Shown here: one piece after another, positions 50,661 through 64,000 of the stretch
How positions within the stretch are numbered: the stretch's first letter is position 1
Layout: each line of letters opens with the position of its first letter
Assembly (NCBI RefSeq): GCF_008831285.2
Contig: NC_045138.2
Location: 14,074,001 to 14,138,000, forward strand
DNA from: Nymphaea colorata
Taxonomy: Eukaryota
Direction of reading: 5' to 3'
DNA length: 64,000 bases
Notes under the pieces: generated by a model
Told to the model about the DNA's origin: nothing
Seen by the model: the letters and a program-made list of their open reading frames with translations, nothing else
Databases searched by the model: none
Position numbers and translations under genes: made by a program

Positions 50661-53453
50661 GGTAGAATTCGATCAATTATGAATGCATCAGCCACAACCT
50701 CCAAAAGAACAAAAAAAGGAACAAAAATTTCTTGGGATCAAAAGAATTCAGACAAATAGAATCCCATCAGAGAAAAAAAAAAAAAAACACTTGACCAGCA
50801 CCATAGTTGGCTCAACTGCCTCGTACAAAACCTCACCAAATCAATTGGCCCCAGGATGGCCAAACAGAAAGCTCAGGGAAAAAAAAATTCTTTAAAAAAT
50901 TAAAACAAATCCTCAAGTCTGGTGGACAAAACATAAATTTCAGAATACTGTTTCTACAAAACAGAAATAGGGAGCTGTTAAAATTATGAGTCCAAAAATT
51001 CTGAAACTTATCTGAGAACGCAGACCAAGAATTAGCAGAAAATTCCACCATTTACCCTCTCAAAAAGTTCCAGATATGTTCTATACTCTGCTACAGAGCT
51101 AGAACTGTCTGTTTTGAACAGTTTAAAAAAATTACAGATCAAAGTGGATATTTTCTGAACATATTTTTATGAAATCTCTTTTGGCCTTTGTTTAAATATA
51201 TAAAAGTGACACCAAGAATTATAATTTTTTAGACCAATGTAAGCATTTTAAAATAAATTTCAAATAAAAAAAAACTGTTGAAAAATAGGAATCTGCATGT
51301 GGAGAAAAAGAATTGAAGAAATTTAGGTGGATTGAATATGGGAAGATCTAAAATGCTCATAACAAGGAGAAAATATAAAATTGCTGCCTCACCTTCTGGT
51401 CGCCTGCGAGTAGCTAAGCAACAAAGAAGCTAAAGAAATTACGGAAAGGAGAGGAAAGAGACCATGCAACAGGGTAAGTTTGAATGCTGATAATGGCACG
51501 TTAGGCAATCAAAGTATAATCAGCCTACATGTATAACCATATACACACATGATGCATAAACACTTCACACAAAGCAATGATACGTATGTGACATGATTAA
51601 ACCTTAAAAAACTGATGGATGAATGTCTTCTGTTGGTAAAACAAAATTGCTCTTCCCTTGTTTTAAAGATAAAATCATAAAATATGACCACACTTGCTAT
51701 GTTTGAACAAACTATTCATAGTTTCCGCCGAGAGTAATTTAACTTGCCAATGTGATAATTGAGTCATATTATCGGAAGAGACTATGCAAGACCAAAGAGC
51801 ACAAGCACAGCTCATGACCAAACATCTACGTGTAGTCATATTTTTATTCACAAGCAAAAATGTGCGGCTGCAAGTATCACAATTTCAGGTTTCTGATTTA
51901 CAGCTGCAAATATTACTATGATTAGTAAACGGTGGCAATTTACAACAAGAAACAAGGTTGCCCAGTGGAGAAAGGCCTGATCCATGAAGGGAAAGAAAAC
52001 TTGTAATGGGTGGGTGAGAGCGTGGGAAGAAAATCCATGTTTAACATTCACAGTGGCCACATGATAGGATGCATCGACAACAAAACCAAAGAGTTCAGAT
52101 CCATAAATGATGTACAAGCATGGCAGGAACTCAAAGACCTGCTCATATTTTTGGTCTACGGCATTAATACCTATACTTTGATGAATTTACAAACATGCAT
52201 GATAATAAATGTTGGGGACCAAATATCATCAAAAGGAAAAACTAGGTCTTCAACATTTTTAAAGAAATTTCTCATCAAGATTTGCATACAAACCATGGAA
52301 AATTATAAACCATTTCTCAAAACAAACCAAAGACATACATTGAAGAAAAAGGAAAATATTCTTGAAGCAGCTCCAGTGGAAACTTGACATAACCTAAAGT
52401 TTTCTCAGGAATGCTAAGTCACATGGGTGCACCAAGTATGGTGGCGCACCCACACCTGCACCCACATCGGTGCGGGTGCAGCCCGACAAGGTGTCAAATG
52501 AGTTTTGGCTGTTCTGGAAAAATTTTTGGCCAAGTTTTCATTGATATATCGATTCAAGGTAACCTTGATAAAAAAAGGTTTTAACAATATAGACAAATAA
52601 AATTGCTTATATAACAAATAACCTATATGTGTATATAAGATATATATATATATATATAACCAATTTTTTTTTTGGAAGTTACTGCATCCCACACCAGCAC
52701 CTTGCACCCATGTGACATAGCAAAAATGGTACAAAAACCACCAAAGCATGTCCACTTTCATTGCCAAAACTAGTTCCTGGGTAGAAAAACATGACTCAAG
52801 AAACAGAGGATGCAGTTGGGGTGGGTGGGGAGGCCCTGAAATCGTTGAGATCTATCACGGTCTACTCACCAGAGAATGATGCAAATGTCAATAGGGGATC
52901 GGATGAATCAACAGGTCTTCATCTAGGAAGAGAGAAAGAATCAAATGATGGCAGAGGAGGAGACTCACATGTGTGAGGGAGGAGAGGAATCAAAATCCAC
53001 TGGAAAGGCCCTTGCAGATGGAAGTTGGGCAAAGCGAATCGTTCTTGACAGGAGACAGAGGTCAGAAAAGGTTGAAAAGGAAGAACGCTGCTGGATAAGA
53101 TAAAGCAAATCAATTTTCGCACATGAAACCAAACGCAGGTAAAAGAAGATGAAACGCCTGAAATATTTTGTATAGAGGGGGTCACGCGCCTTCCGGCCAT
53201 CATCACTTGGTTTTCTTGTAGTTTAATATTTTCACCCCCGGCTATCTTTTTCACTCCTTTGGATTTTTGGATCCAAGTCCAAAAAAAGATTTTGGACAAC
53301 CAAAACGTGTATATTTGGGCACACACTTGTCTGAACTGATTGCCCTAAGTCCAATGATTTTGAACCGTATTATAATTTATAAGAAGATCCATCAAACTAG
53401 AACCGATTGCGTTGCATGAAGTTAACTCATAGATTCATCAACACACACACACA

Positions 53454-54679
53454 TAGGGCTGTTCATGAGCGAGTTCGAGCCGAGCTTGGCCAGCTCGAGC
53501 TCGACTCGACTAAAATTACTCGAGCTCGAACTCGACTCGAGCTCGAGTCGAGCTTCTTACAGCAAACTCGAGCTCGACTCGACTACTGAAAGTCGAGCTC
53601 GAGCTCGACTCGATTAACCCGATTTAGCTCGACAACTTGTTTACCATTTAAGCTCATTTAACTTTAGCTCGTTTAGCTCGAGCTCGACTCGCGTAACAGC
53701 AAAACAGAGTAACAGCAAAACAGAGATGAAAAACATATATGAAAAAACAGAGATGAAAACCACACGACAATAACAACAAAACAAAGATGAAAAACAGAGA
53801 TAAAAACACCAAAAACAACATTACATGTAAAAACAGTTACATGTAAAAGCAACACACGAAAACGAGAAGAACGAATTTACTATCAATAACAACAAAATAG
53901 AAAACACCACAAGATTCAAAGCAATAAACCAAAAAAAAAAAAAACGAGGGAGAAGATAAACCCTAACCGGGGAGTCCGGGACAAAGGTCGCGCGTCACTG
54001 ACCACGCAAACGAGACCCAGGTGCTTGAAGAAGGGGGAAATCACCAACCACGCAAAGGAGACCCAGGCGCTTGAAGAAGGGGGGAAATCACTGACCACGC
54101 AAGCGAGACTCAGCGCTTGAAGAAGGGGGAAAAAATGAAAACCCAACAGAAGAAGAACCAATTCAAGAAGAAGAAGAATAAGAAGAAAACCTACCGCCCA
54201 CCACCCTGCCGGCTGCTCCGCTGCTGCGCTTCGCGGCTTCACCCCATCGGCCTTCCCCTTCTAGATGGAACATGGTCGAATCACAAGGGCGCTTCTCTCG
54301 TGACCTCGTCTGGTCTAGTGGTCGACGGTCGTGGTTGACGGAAGAGGGAAGACATGGTCGTGGTCGACGGAAACGGAAGAGGGAAGACATTTTGCAGTCG
54401 ATGGAAGAGAAAAAATCGAGAATAGAGAGAAAGGCTTTCGACGTTTCGTTTTTACTTTTAACCATAAACCGGTGAACCGGTTTCATGAACCAGTTTGTAC
54501 GAGTCGAGTCAAGTTTATACGAGTCGAGTTCGTGCAACTCGAACTCGACTCGTGTAGCGTTTCGAGCTTAATGGGTGAGCTCGAACTCGACTCATTTATA
54601 AATGAGTCGAGTTCGAGTCGAGCTTTTCCGGGCGAGTTCGAGTCGAGCCCGAGTTGGCTCGACTCGTTGTGCAGCCCTA
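53454..54679. mobile_element. Non-autonomous hAT-type DNA transposon, 1226 bp
   Basis: TIR TAGGGCTG..CAGCCCTA with dense CTCGAG/ACTCGA subterminal repeats at both ends. Flanked on both sides by CACACACA, consistent with an 8-bp TSD, although inside a CA tract the TSD length is ambiguous. No transposase. Confidence 0.88.
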
Positions 54680-55659
54680 CACACACACACACAGATCTGC
54701 TTACATGATATTATCCACTGATTAACATTTCAAATGCGCAACTCCATGGATTATAAATTCATGTTCCAGTTTCATGTATCTTTCAAACAAAACAAAAGGT
54801 CTAAAGTTCTTATTATAGTTAGTCGACAAGAAATCTTGGAACTCATCAACCTTGGCTTTCTAAGGGCACTTCTCTGTTAGCATATTTGTCAGGTAACAAA
54901 ATATAAAATTACCTCCGATTAGAAATCGGAGGTAAACAAACACCTCTTGTAGGTTCTGCTCAAGAGCAAAAAGTACAACAAGCTTTTAACTGATACACGA
55001 AGTTCAGGGTAAGGAGATCTTACAATGATTGCTTGTCATAGAGGCAAGCCTATTTACTTGACTGAGGGCATTTTTGATACGAAGAACATCGTGTTCTTAT
55101 GATTTGGATTCTAGGAACACCCTACTTTTATTACAGGAAACATACATACTGTCATTATAGGTATTGTTCTAGATCTAACAATCAAACACTAGACATAAAT
55201 TATTTGATACAAATGTTCCAATAATGTATGTTCTTAACAAACACCCTTTAGGTCACACATGCACGTGACACATCCTGGTTGATGTTTTATGAACAAACAC
55301 GGAAAAGTCAACCAAGTACACATGTATAGAGATCAGATCAGTGGCACAACTGAGTATAAGTTATGGCCTCCGAATTTTCAAAAAACTTTACATATACATA
55401 CGAAAAGACCTTTTTGTCCTTCTTATTTTAAAGTTTCACACATATGTGCTCCATTTGTCATAAGTTGTTGATGGTGATGCACATTTAATGCCCAACCAAG
55501 TTGGTGTCCCTTTTCCTTATAGGACACACGATCAAAGGCTTATTTGTTTAGGAACGAACCCCACCAAAAGTGTGTTGACCAAGGTCTGGACTCTTGGCTT
55601 TCTTCAACTTCAACGTCTTAATTTGACAACCACTTGCTTGTCGAAACAGATGTAGTCGA

Positions 55660-58600
55660 AAGTGGAAACAAATGTTTGTCAAAAAGATAAAGATTTCAAT
55701 TTTAAATGTACGCATTGATTAAGTACAAAACCTTCAACACAAAATCTTCTAATAGAGACTTTGAAGGTAATTTTCTTACATTGAGATGTCCAAATCTTTG
55801 ATGCAAATGATTATATCAATCATTTTGACAACACTATATAAAATAGAGTTGGATAACATAAACTGTTCATATAATGGACATCACCATTTCCCAAATCATC
55901 CTTAATCAACCTCCTAATCCGTGACCCAAGACCTAACATTTATTTTGAAAGAAAACAACATCATAGCCAAAATACAGGATTTGTTAGATGTCAAAGTTAA
56001 TCAGATCTGTATTTGGATGAATGACCAGATTTAGATCAGATCGTAGATCAGGTGCATTGGATGAAAGGTTGAGGTCAAACCTGATCCGGTTTAGACGTTG
56101 GATTTGGACTTTGAGATTGGCATATGGATCAGAAGTCTAACCTGACCTGGTTTAGATGTTGGATTTGAGTTCTAAGTCTTAGGTCAAGATCAAATGTCTA
56201 ATCTGATCTGATTTAGATGTTAGATTTAGATTTTGGAAGTACCGCTTGGATCAGAGGTCTAATTTGATCGGTTTTAGGTGTTGGATTTGGATGTTGGATA
56301 AATGGACTAGATCAGAGGTCTAATCTGATCCAGTTTTGATTTTGGAGTGGGGAAACTTCTAATCATCCCAATAAACAAGTTCAAAGGACATTATACAGAA
56401 AATGGATATCTACAAAAAATATAACGATTTCAATTTTCCATGTATGCATTCATTATATATGAAATCTTCAACACAAGGTCTTTTAGTGGCAACATTAAAA
56501 ATATATTTCCAACATTGAGATGTCCTAATCTTTGACACAGATATTTATATCAATCATCCTATCAACAATATATAAGATATTGATGGATAAGATAAAATTT
56601 TGATATAACAAACATCTCCTTTTCTAAAACCATCCCTAATCAACTTCTCAGACCAGTGACCCTACGCCCAACACTTGTTTGATGAGAAATCAACATAAAA
56701 AATACGATCAAATATTCAGCAAACATCAAAGTTAACCAGATAGGTGATTTTGAATAATTAGATTTAGATGTAATTGTAGATAAAGTACAAAGGGTCAGAG
56801 GTTTGATCCAGTGGGATATGGATCAGATGTTAGATTTCAACTTTGAAACTGGCTTATGGTTCAGAAGTCTAATCTGACCCAACTTAAATGTTGTATTTAA
56901 ATTTTAAATATCATGTCAAGATAAGAGGTCTAATATGATCTAATTTGTAGGTTAGATTTAGATTTTAGATCTATGGTTTAGATCAGAGGTCTCATCGGAT
57001 CGGTACAAGGTGTGGGACTTACACTTTGGATCTATGGACAAAATCAAAGGTCTAACCTGATCAGGTTTAGATGTTGGATTTGGAATTCATGCTGAGTCTA
57101 GATACATAATAGACATTTTTTCAGGATGTACGGTGGCTTATAATCATCCCAATCAACACGTTCAAAGGCCATTGAAGTGAAAATGGATGTTTGTCAAAAA
57201 GATAAACATTTCAACTTGCCATTATGCATTTCCAAAATATGAAACCTTCAACACAAAATCCTTTAATTGATGCATTGAAGACAATTTTCTTAACTCGGGG
57301 ATCTCCTAACCTTTGGTACAAATGCTTATATCAATCATTTTGACAACACAATACAACATGCCGTTGGATAACATAAATTGTTCATATAATAGAGATCTTC
57401 TTTCCCCAAACCATCCCTAATCAACTTCCTGGACCTATGATCCTAGACCTAACATTTATATGATGAGAAACAAAATCACAGCCATAATCCAAGATTTGAC
57501 AAACATCAAAGATAGTCAGATAGTTAGTTGGAAGAATCACAAGAATTAGATGTGATCGTAGCTCAAGTGGATAGGATCAGAGGGGTTTCATCGAGTGAGA
57601 TATGGATTAGGGGTCTAATCTGATCCGGTTTAAATGTAGAATTTGGACTTGGGCTGAGTCTGGATACATAATCCACATTTTCTCATGATGTAGGGAGGCT
57701 TCTAATCATCCCAATGATTACCTTCAAAGGACAATGTAGTGGAAGCAGATGTTTGTCAAAAGATAAAGATTTCAATTTTAAATGTATGCATTGATTAAGT
57801 ATGAAACCTTCCAACACTAAATCTTCTAATAGAGACTTTGAAGGTAGTTTTGTTACATTGAGATGTCCTAATCTTCGATGCAAATGATTCTTATCACCCA
57901 TTTTGACAACATTATAATAACATAAATTGTTCATATAATGTGCATCTCCATTTCCAAATCCATCCCTAATCAACCTCCTAGTTCGTGATCCCAGGCCTAA
58001 GATTTAATTTGAAAGAAAACAACATCTTAGCCACAATACATGATTTGTTAGACGACAAAGTTAATCAGACATGTATTTGGATGAATGACTAGAATTAGAT
58101 CGGATCGTAGACCAGGTGGATTGGATCAAAGGTTTCATCAAGTGGGATATGGATCAGAGGTCAAACCTGATCCGGTTTAGATGTTGGATTTGGACCTTGA
58201 GCTTGGCATCTAGATCAGAAGTCTAATCTGACCCGGTTTTGATGTTGGAATTGAGTTCTAAGTCCCACGTCAAGATCAGAGGTCTAATCTGATCTGATTT
58301 AGATGTTGGATTTAGATTTTGGAAGTACGGTTTGGAATTCATGCTGAGTCTAGATACATAATCGACATTTTTTCAGGATGTGCGGTGGCTCATAATCATC
58401 CCAATAAACACGTTCAAAGGACATTGAAGTGAAAATGGATGTTTGTCAAAAAGATCATCAAAGATTGTCAGAAAGTTAGTTGGAAGAATCAATAGAATTA
58501 GATGTGATCGTAGCTCAAGTGGATAGGATCAGAGGTTTCATCGAGTGAGAATGATTGGGTCAGATTTGAACAACATGCCGTTGGATAACATAAATTGTTC

Positions 58601-61600
58601 ATATAATAGAGATCTCCTTTTCCCAAACCATCCCTAATCAACTTCATGGACCTATGATCCTAGACCTAACATTTATATGATGAGAAAACAAGATCACGGC
58701 CACAATCCAAGATTTGACAAACATCAAAGATTGTCAGAAAGTTAGTTGGAAGAATCAATAGAATTAGATGTGATCGTAGCTCAAGTGGATAGGATCAGAG
58801 GTTTCATCGAGTGAGAATGATTTTGGAAGTACGGTTTGGAATTCATGCTGAGTCTAGATACATAATCGACATTTTTTCAGGATGTGCGGTGGCTTATAAT
58901 CATCCCAATAAACACGTTCAAAGGACATTGAAGTGAAAATGGATGTTTGTCAAAAAGATAAACATTTCAACTAGTCATTATGCATTTCCAAAATATGAAA
59001 CCTTTAACACAAAATCTTTTAATTGAGGCATTGAAGACAATTTTCTTAACTCGGGATCTCCTAACCTTTAGTACAAATGCATATATCAATCATTTTGACA
59101 ACACAATACAACATGCCGTTGGATAACATAAATTGTTCATATAATAGAGATCTCCTTTTCCCAAACCATCCCTAATCAACTTCATGGACCTATGATCCTA
59201 GACCTAACATTTATATGATGAGAAAACAAGATCACGGCCACAATCCAAGATTTGACAAACATCAAAGATTGTCAGAAAGTTAGTTGGAAGAATCAATAGA
59301 ATTAGATGTGATCGTAGCTCAAGTGGATAGGATCAGAGGTTTCATTGAGTGAGAATGATTGGGTCAGATTTGATCCACTGAGTCTAGATACATAATCCAC
59401 ATTTTCTCATGATGTAGGGTGGCTTCTAATCATCCGAATGATCACCTTCAAAGAACAATGCAGTGCAAGCAGATGTTTCTCAAAAAGATAAAGATTTCAA
59501 GTTTAAATGTATAAATTGATTAGGTATGAAACCTTCCAACACTAAATCTTCTAATAGAGACTTTGAAGGTAATTTTCTTACATTGAGATGTGCTAATCTT
59601 CGATGCAAATGATTCTATCAATCATTCTGACAACACTAATAATAACATAAATTGTTCATATAATGGGCATCTCCATTTCCCAAACCATCCCTAATCAACA
59701 TCCTAGTTCGTGATCCCAGACGTAACATTTATTTTGAAAGAAAACAACATCTTAGCCACAATACATGATTTGTGAGATGTCAAAGTTAATAAACATGTAT
59801 TTGGATGAATGAGCAGAATTAGATCGGATCGTAGATCAAGTGGATCGGATCAAAGGTTTCATCAAGTGGGATATGGATCAGAGGTCAAACCTGATCCAGT
59901 TTAGATGTTGGATTTGGAACTTGAGCTTGGCATCTGGATCAGAAGTCTAATCTGACCCGGTTTAGATGTTGGACTTGAGTTCTAAGTCTCACGTCAAGAT
60001 CAGAGGTCTAATCTGATCTGATTTAGATGTTGGATTTAGATTTTGGAAGTACGGTTTGGATCAAAGGTCTAATATGATTTGTTTTGGGTGTTGGATTTGG
60101 ATGTTGGATCAATGGACTAGATCAGAGGTCTAATCTGATCCAGTGTTGAACGTTGGAGTGGGGTAACTTCTAATCATCCCAATAAACAAGTTCAAATGAC
60201 ATTATACAAAAAATGGATATCTATCAAAAATATAATGATTTCAATTTTCCATTTACGCATTTATTATATATGAAATCTTCAACACAAGGTCTTTCAGTGG
60301 CAACATTAAAGATTATTTTCCAAAATTGAGATGTCCTAATCTTCGACGCAAATGTTTATATCAATCATCCTATCAACATTGTATAAGATATTGTTGGATA
60401 AGATAAAATTTTGATATAACAAACATCTCCTTTTCTAAAACAATCCCTAATCAACTTCTCAGACCAGTGACCTTATGCCCTAGACTTCTTTGATGAGAAA
60501 CCAATATAACAAATATGATCAAATATTAAGCAGACATAAAAGTTAATCGGATAGGTGATTTTTAATAATTAGATATAGATGTAATTGTAGATAAAGTAAA
60601 TTGGGTCAGAGGTTTGATCAAGTAGGATATGGATCAGATGTTAAATTTCAACTTTGAAACTGGGTTATGGTTAAGAAGTCTAATCTGACCCAACTTAAAT
60701 GTCATATTTGAATTTTAAATCTCATGTGAAGATCAAAGGTCTAATCTGATCAACTTTGTAGGTTAGATTTAGATTTTAGATCTATGGTTTGGATCAGAGG
60801 TCTCATCTGATCGGTACAAGGTGTGAGATTTAGACTTTGGATCCATGGACTAGATCAGAGGTCTAACCTGATCTTGTTTAGATGTTGGATTTGGAATTCA
60901 TGCCGAGTCTAGATACATAATCGACATTTTTTCAGGATGTACGGTGGCTTATAATCATCCCAATAAAAACGTTCAAAGGACATTGAAGTGAAAATGGATG
61001 TTTGTCAAAAAGATAAAGATTTCAACTTGTCATTATGCATTTCCAAAATATGAAACATTCAACACAAAATCTTTTAATTGAGGCATTGATGACAATTTTC
61101 TTAACTCGGGATCTCCTAACCTTTGGTACAAATGCTTATATCAATCATTTTCACAACACAATACAACATGCCGTTGGATAACATAAAATGTTCCTATAAT
61201 AGAGCTCTCCTTTTCCCAAACCATCCCTAATCAACTTCCTAGACCTATGATCCAAGACCTAACATTTATATGATGAGAAAACAAGAATACAACCATAATC
61301 CAAGATTTGACAAACATCAAAGATAGTCAGATAGTTAGTTGGAAGAATCAATAGAATTAGATGTGATCGTAGCTCAAGTGGATAGGATCAGAGGTTTCAT
61401 CGAGTGAGATATGGATCAGAGGTCTAATCTGATCTGGTTTAAATGTTGGATTTGGACTTTTGCTGAGTCTAGATACATAATCCACATTTTCTCATGATGT
61501 AGGGTGGCTTCTAATCACCCGAATGATCACCTTCAAAGAACAATGCAGTGCAAGCAGATGTTTCTCAAAAAGATAAAGATTTCAAGTTTAAATGTATAAA

Positions 61601-64000
61601 TTGATTAGGTATGAAACCTTCCAACACTAAATCTTCTAATAGAGACTTTGAAGGTAATTTTCTTACATTGAGATGTGCTAATCTTCGATGCAAATGATTC
61701 TATCAATCATTCTGACAACACTAATAATAACATAAATTGTTCATATAATGGGCATCTCCATTTCCCAAACCATCCCTAATCAACATCCTAGTTCGTGATC
61801 CCAGACGTAACATTTATTTTGAAAGAAAACAACATCTTAGCCACAATACATGATTTGTGAGATGTCAAAGTTAATAAACATGTATTTGGATGAATGAGCA
61901 GAATTAGATCGGATCGTAGATCAAGTGGATCGGATCAAAGGTTTCATCAAGTGGGATATGGATCAGAGGTCAAACCTGATCCAGTTTAGATGTTGGATTT
62001 GGAACTTGAGCTTGGCATCTGGATCAGAAGTCTAATCTGACCCGGTTTAGATGTTGGACTTGAGTTCTAAGTCTCACGTCAAGATCAGAGGTCTAATCTG
62101 ATCTGATTTAGATGTTGGATTTAGATTTTGGAAGTACGGTTTGGATCAAAGGTCTAATATGATCTGTTTTGGGTGTTGGATTTGGATGTTGGATCAATGG
62201 ACTAGATCAGAGGTCTAATCTGATCCAGTGTTGAACGTTGGAGTGGGGTAACTTCTAATCATCCCAATAAACAAGTTCAAATGACATTATACAAAAAATG
62301 GATATCTATCAAAAATATAATGATTTCAATTTTCCATTTACGCATTTATTATATATGAAATCTTCAACACAAGGTCTTTCAGTGGCAACATTAAAGATTA
62401 TTTTCCAAAATTGAGATGTCCTAATCTTCGACGCAAATGTTTATATCAATCATCCTATCAACATTGTATAAGATATTGTTGGATAAGATAAAATTTTGAT
62501 ATAACAAACATCTCCTTTTCTAAAACAATCCCTAATCAACTTCTCAGACCAGTGACCTTATGCCCTAGACTTCTTTGATGAGAAACCAATATAACAAATA
62601 TGATCAAATATTAAGCAGACATAAAAGTTAATCGGATAGGTGATTTTTAATAATTAGATATAGATGTAATTGTAGATAAAGTAAATTGGGTCAGAGGTTT
62701 GATCAAGTAGGATATGGATCAGATGTTAAATTTCAACTTTGAAACTGGGTTATGGTTAAGAAGTCTAATCTGACCCAACTTAAATGTCATATTTGAATTT
62801 TAAATCTCATGTGAAGATCAAAGGTCTAATCTGATCAACTTTGTAGGTTAGATTTAGATTTTAGATCTATGGTTTGGATCAGAGGTCTCATCTGATCGGT
62901 ACAAGGTGTGAGATTTAGACTTTGGATCCATGGACTAGATCAGAGGTCTAACCTGATCTTGTTTAGATGTTGGATTTGGAATTCATGCCGAGTCTAGATA
63001 CATAATCGACATTTTTTCAGGATGTACGGTGGCTTATAATCATCCCAATAAAAACGTTCAAAGGACATTGAAGTGAAAATGGATGTTTGTCAAAAAGATA
63101 AAGATTTCAACTTGTCATTATGCATTTCCAAAATATGAAACATTCAACACAAAATCTTTTAATTGAGGCATTGATGACAATTTTCTTAACTCGGGATCTC
63201 CTAACCTTTGGTACAAATGCTTATATCAATCATTTTCACAACACAATACAACATGCCGTTGGATAACATAAAATGTTCCTATAATAGAGCTCTCCTTTTC
63301 CCAAACCATCCCTAATCAACTTCCTAGACCTATGATCCAAGACCTAACATTTATATGATGAGAAAACAAGAACACAACCATAATCCAAGATTTGACAAAC
63401 ATCAAAGATAGTCAGATAGTTAGTTGGAAGAATCAATAGAATTAGATGTGATCGTAGCTCAAGTGGATAGGATCAGAGGTTTCATCGAGTGAGATATGGA
63501 TCAGAGGTCTAATCTGATCTGGTTTAAATGTTGGATTTGGACTTTTGCTGAGTCTAGATACATAATCCACATTTTCTCATGATGTAGGGTGGCTTCTAAT
63601 CATCCGAATGATCACCTTCAAAGAACAATGCAGTGCAAGCAGATGTTTCTCAAAAAGATAAAGATTTCAAGTTTAAATGTATAAATTGATTAGGTATGAA
63701 ACCTTCCAACACTAAATCTTCTAATAGAGACTTTGAAGGTAATTTTCTTACATTGAGATGTGCTAATCTTCGATGCAAATGATTCTATCAATCATTCTGA
63801 CAACACTAATAATAACATAAATTGTTCATATAATGGGCATCTCCATTTCCCAAACCATCCCTAATCAACATCCTAGTTCGTGATCCCAGACGTAACATTT
63901 ATTTTGAAAGAAAACAACATCTTAGCCACAATACATGATTTGTGAGATGTCAAAGTTAATAAACATGTATTTGGATGAATGAGCAGAATTAGATCGGATC
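55660..64000. repeat. Satellite array with a 2085-bp higher-order repeat (monomers of about 744, 781 and 560 bp; 61-bp subrepeats), runs off the window end
   Basis: The anchor TAATCAYCC recurs at 59427/61512/63597 (A), 60171/62256 (B) and 60952/63037 (C), each exactly 2085 apart. Earlier diverged copies at 56360 (B), 57141 (C), 57703 (A), 58393 and 58897 (C). Confidence 0.97.

Noticed and set aside
54909..54935. 12-bp-arm palindrome TTACCTCCGATT-AGA-AATCGGAGGTAA
   Set aside because: Adjacent to a CAAACACC MITE-type end; most likely transposon-internal symmetry rather than a terminator.
55660..64000. CRISPR-like or rDNA-spacer interpretation of the periodic array; ORF 57683-57973
   Set aside because: Spacers are not unique, the context is eukaryotic, and no rRNA coding sequence is recognisable; the ORF is a chance antisense frame in the satellite.

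Overview
AT-rich flowering-plant genomic DNA with spliced genes, microsatellites and MITE/LTR debris; the species cannot be fixed from sequence alone. (1) 2.6-11.1 kb: three intronless genes for small signal-peptide proteins, all His-rich but chemically different (acidic Asp/His/Trp repeats; neutral Gly/His/Tyr shepherin-like; basic His/Pro/Lys), plus two broken paralog fragments. This cluster is the best candidate for an undescribed system. (2) 12.8-19.2 kb: intact 13-exon RBM39/CC1-like splicing factor, minus strand. (3) 23.9-26.9 kb: unprocessed ribonucleotide reductase large subunit (RNR1) pseudogene whose middle is replaced by a copia remnant but whose E2F-site promoter survives; the ORF track misses it. 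(4) 39.1-42.1 kb: intact two-exon group X ERF (ABR1-like). (5) 48.4-50.7 kb: PHO1-family (EXS domain) pseudogene fragment. (6) 53.5-54.7 kb: non-autonomous hAT-type element. (7) 55.7 kb to window end: a satellite with a 2085-bp higher-order period built from three diverged monomers that carry 61-bp dyad-symmetric subrepeats. Family assignments come from manual translation and recalled motifs, not database searches.
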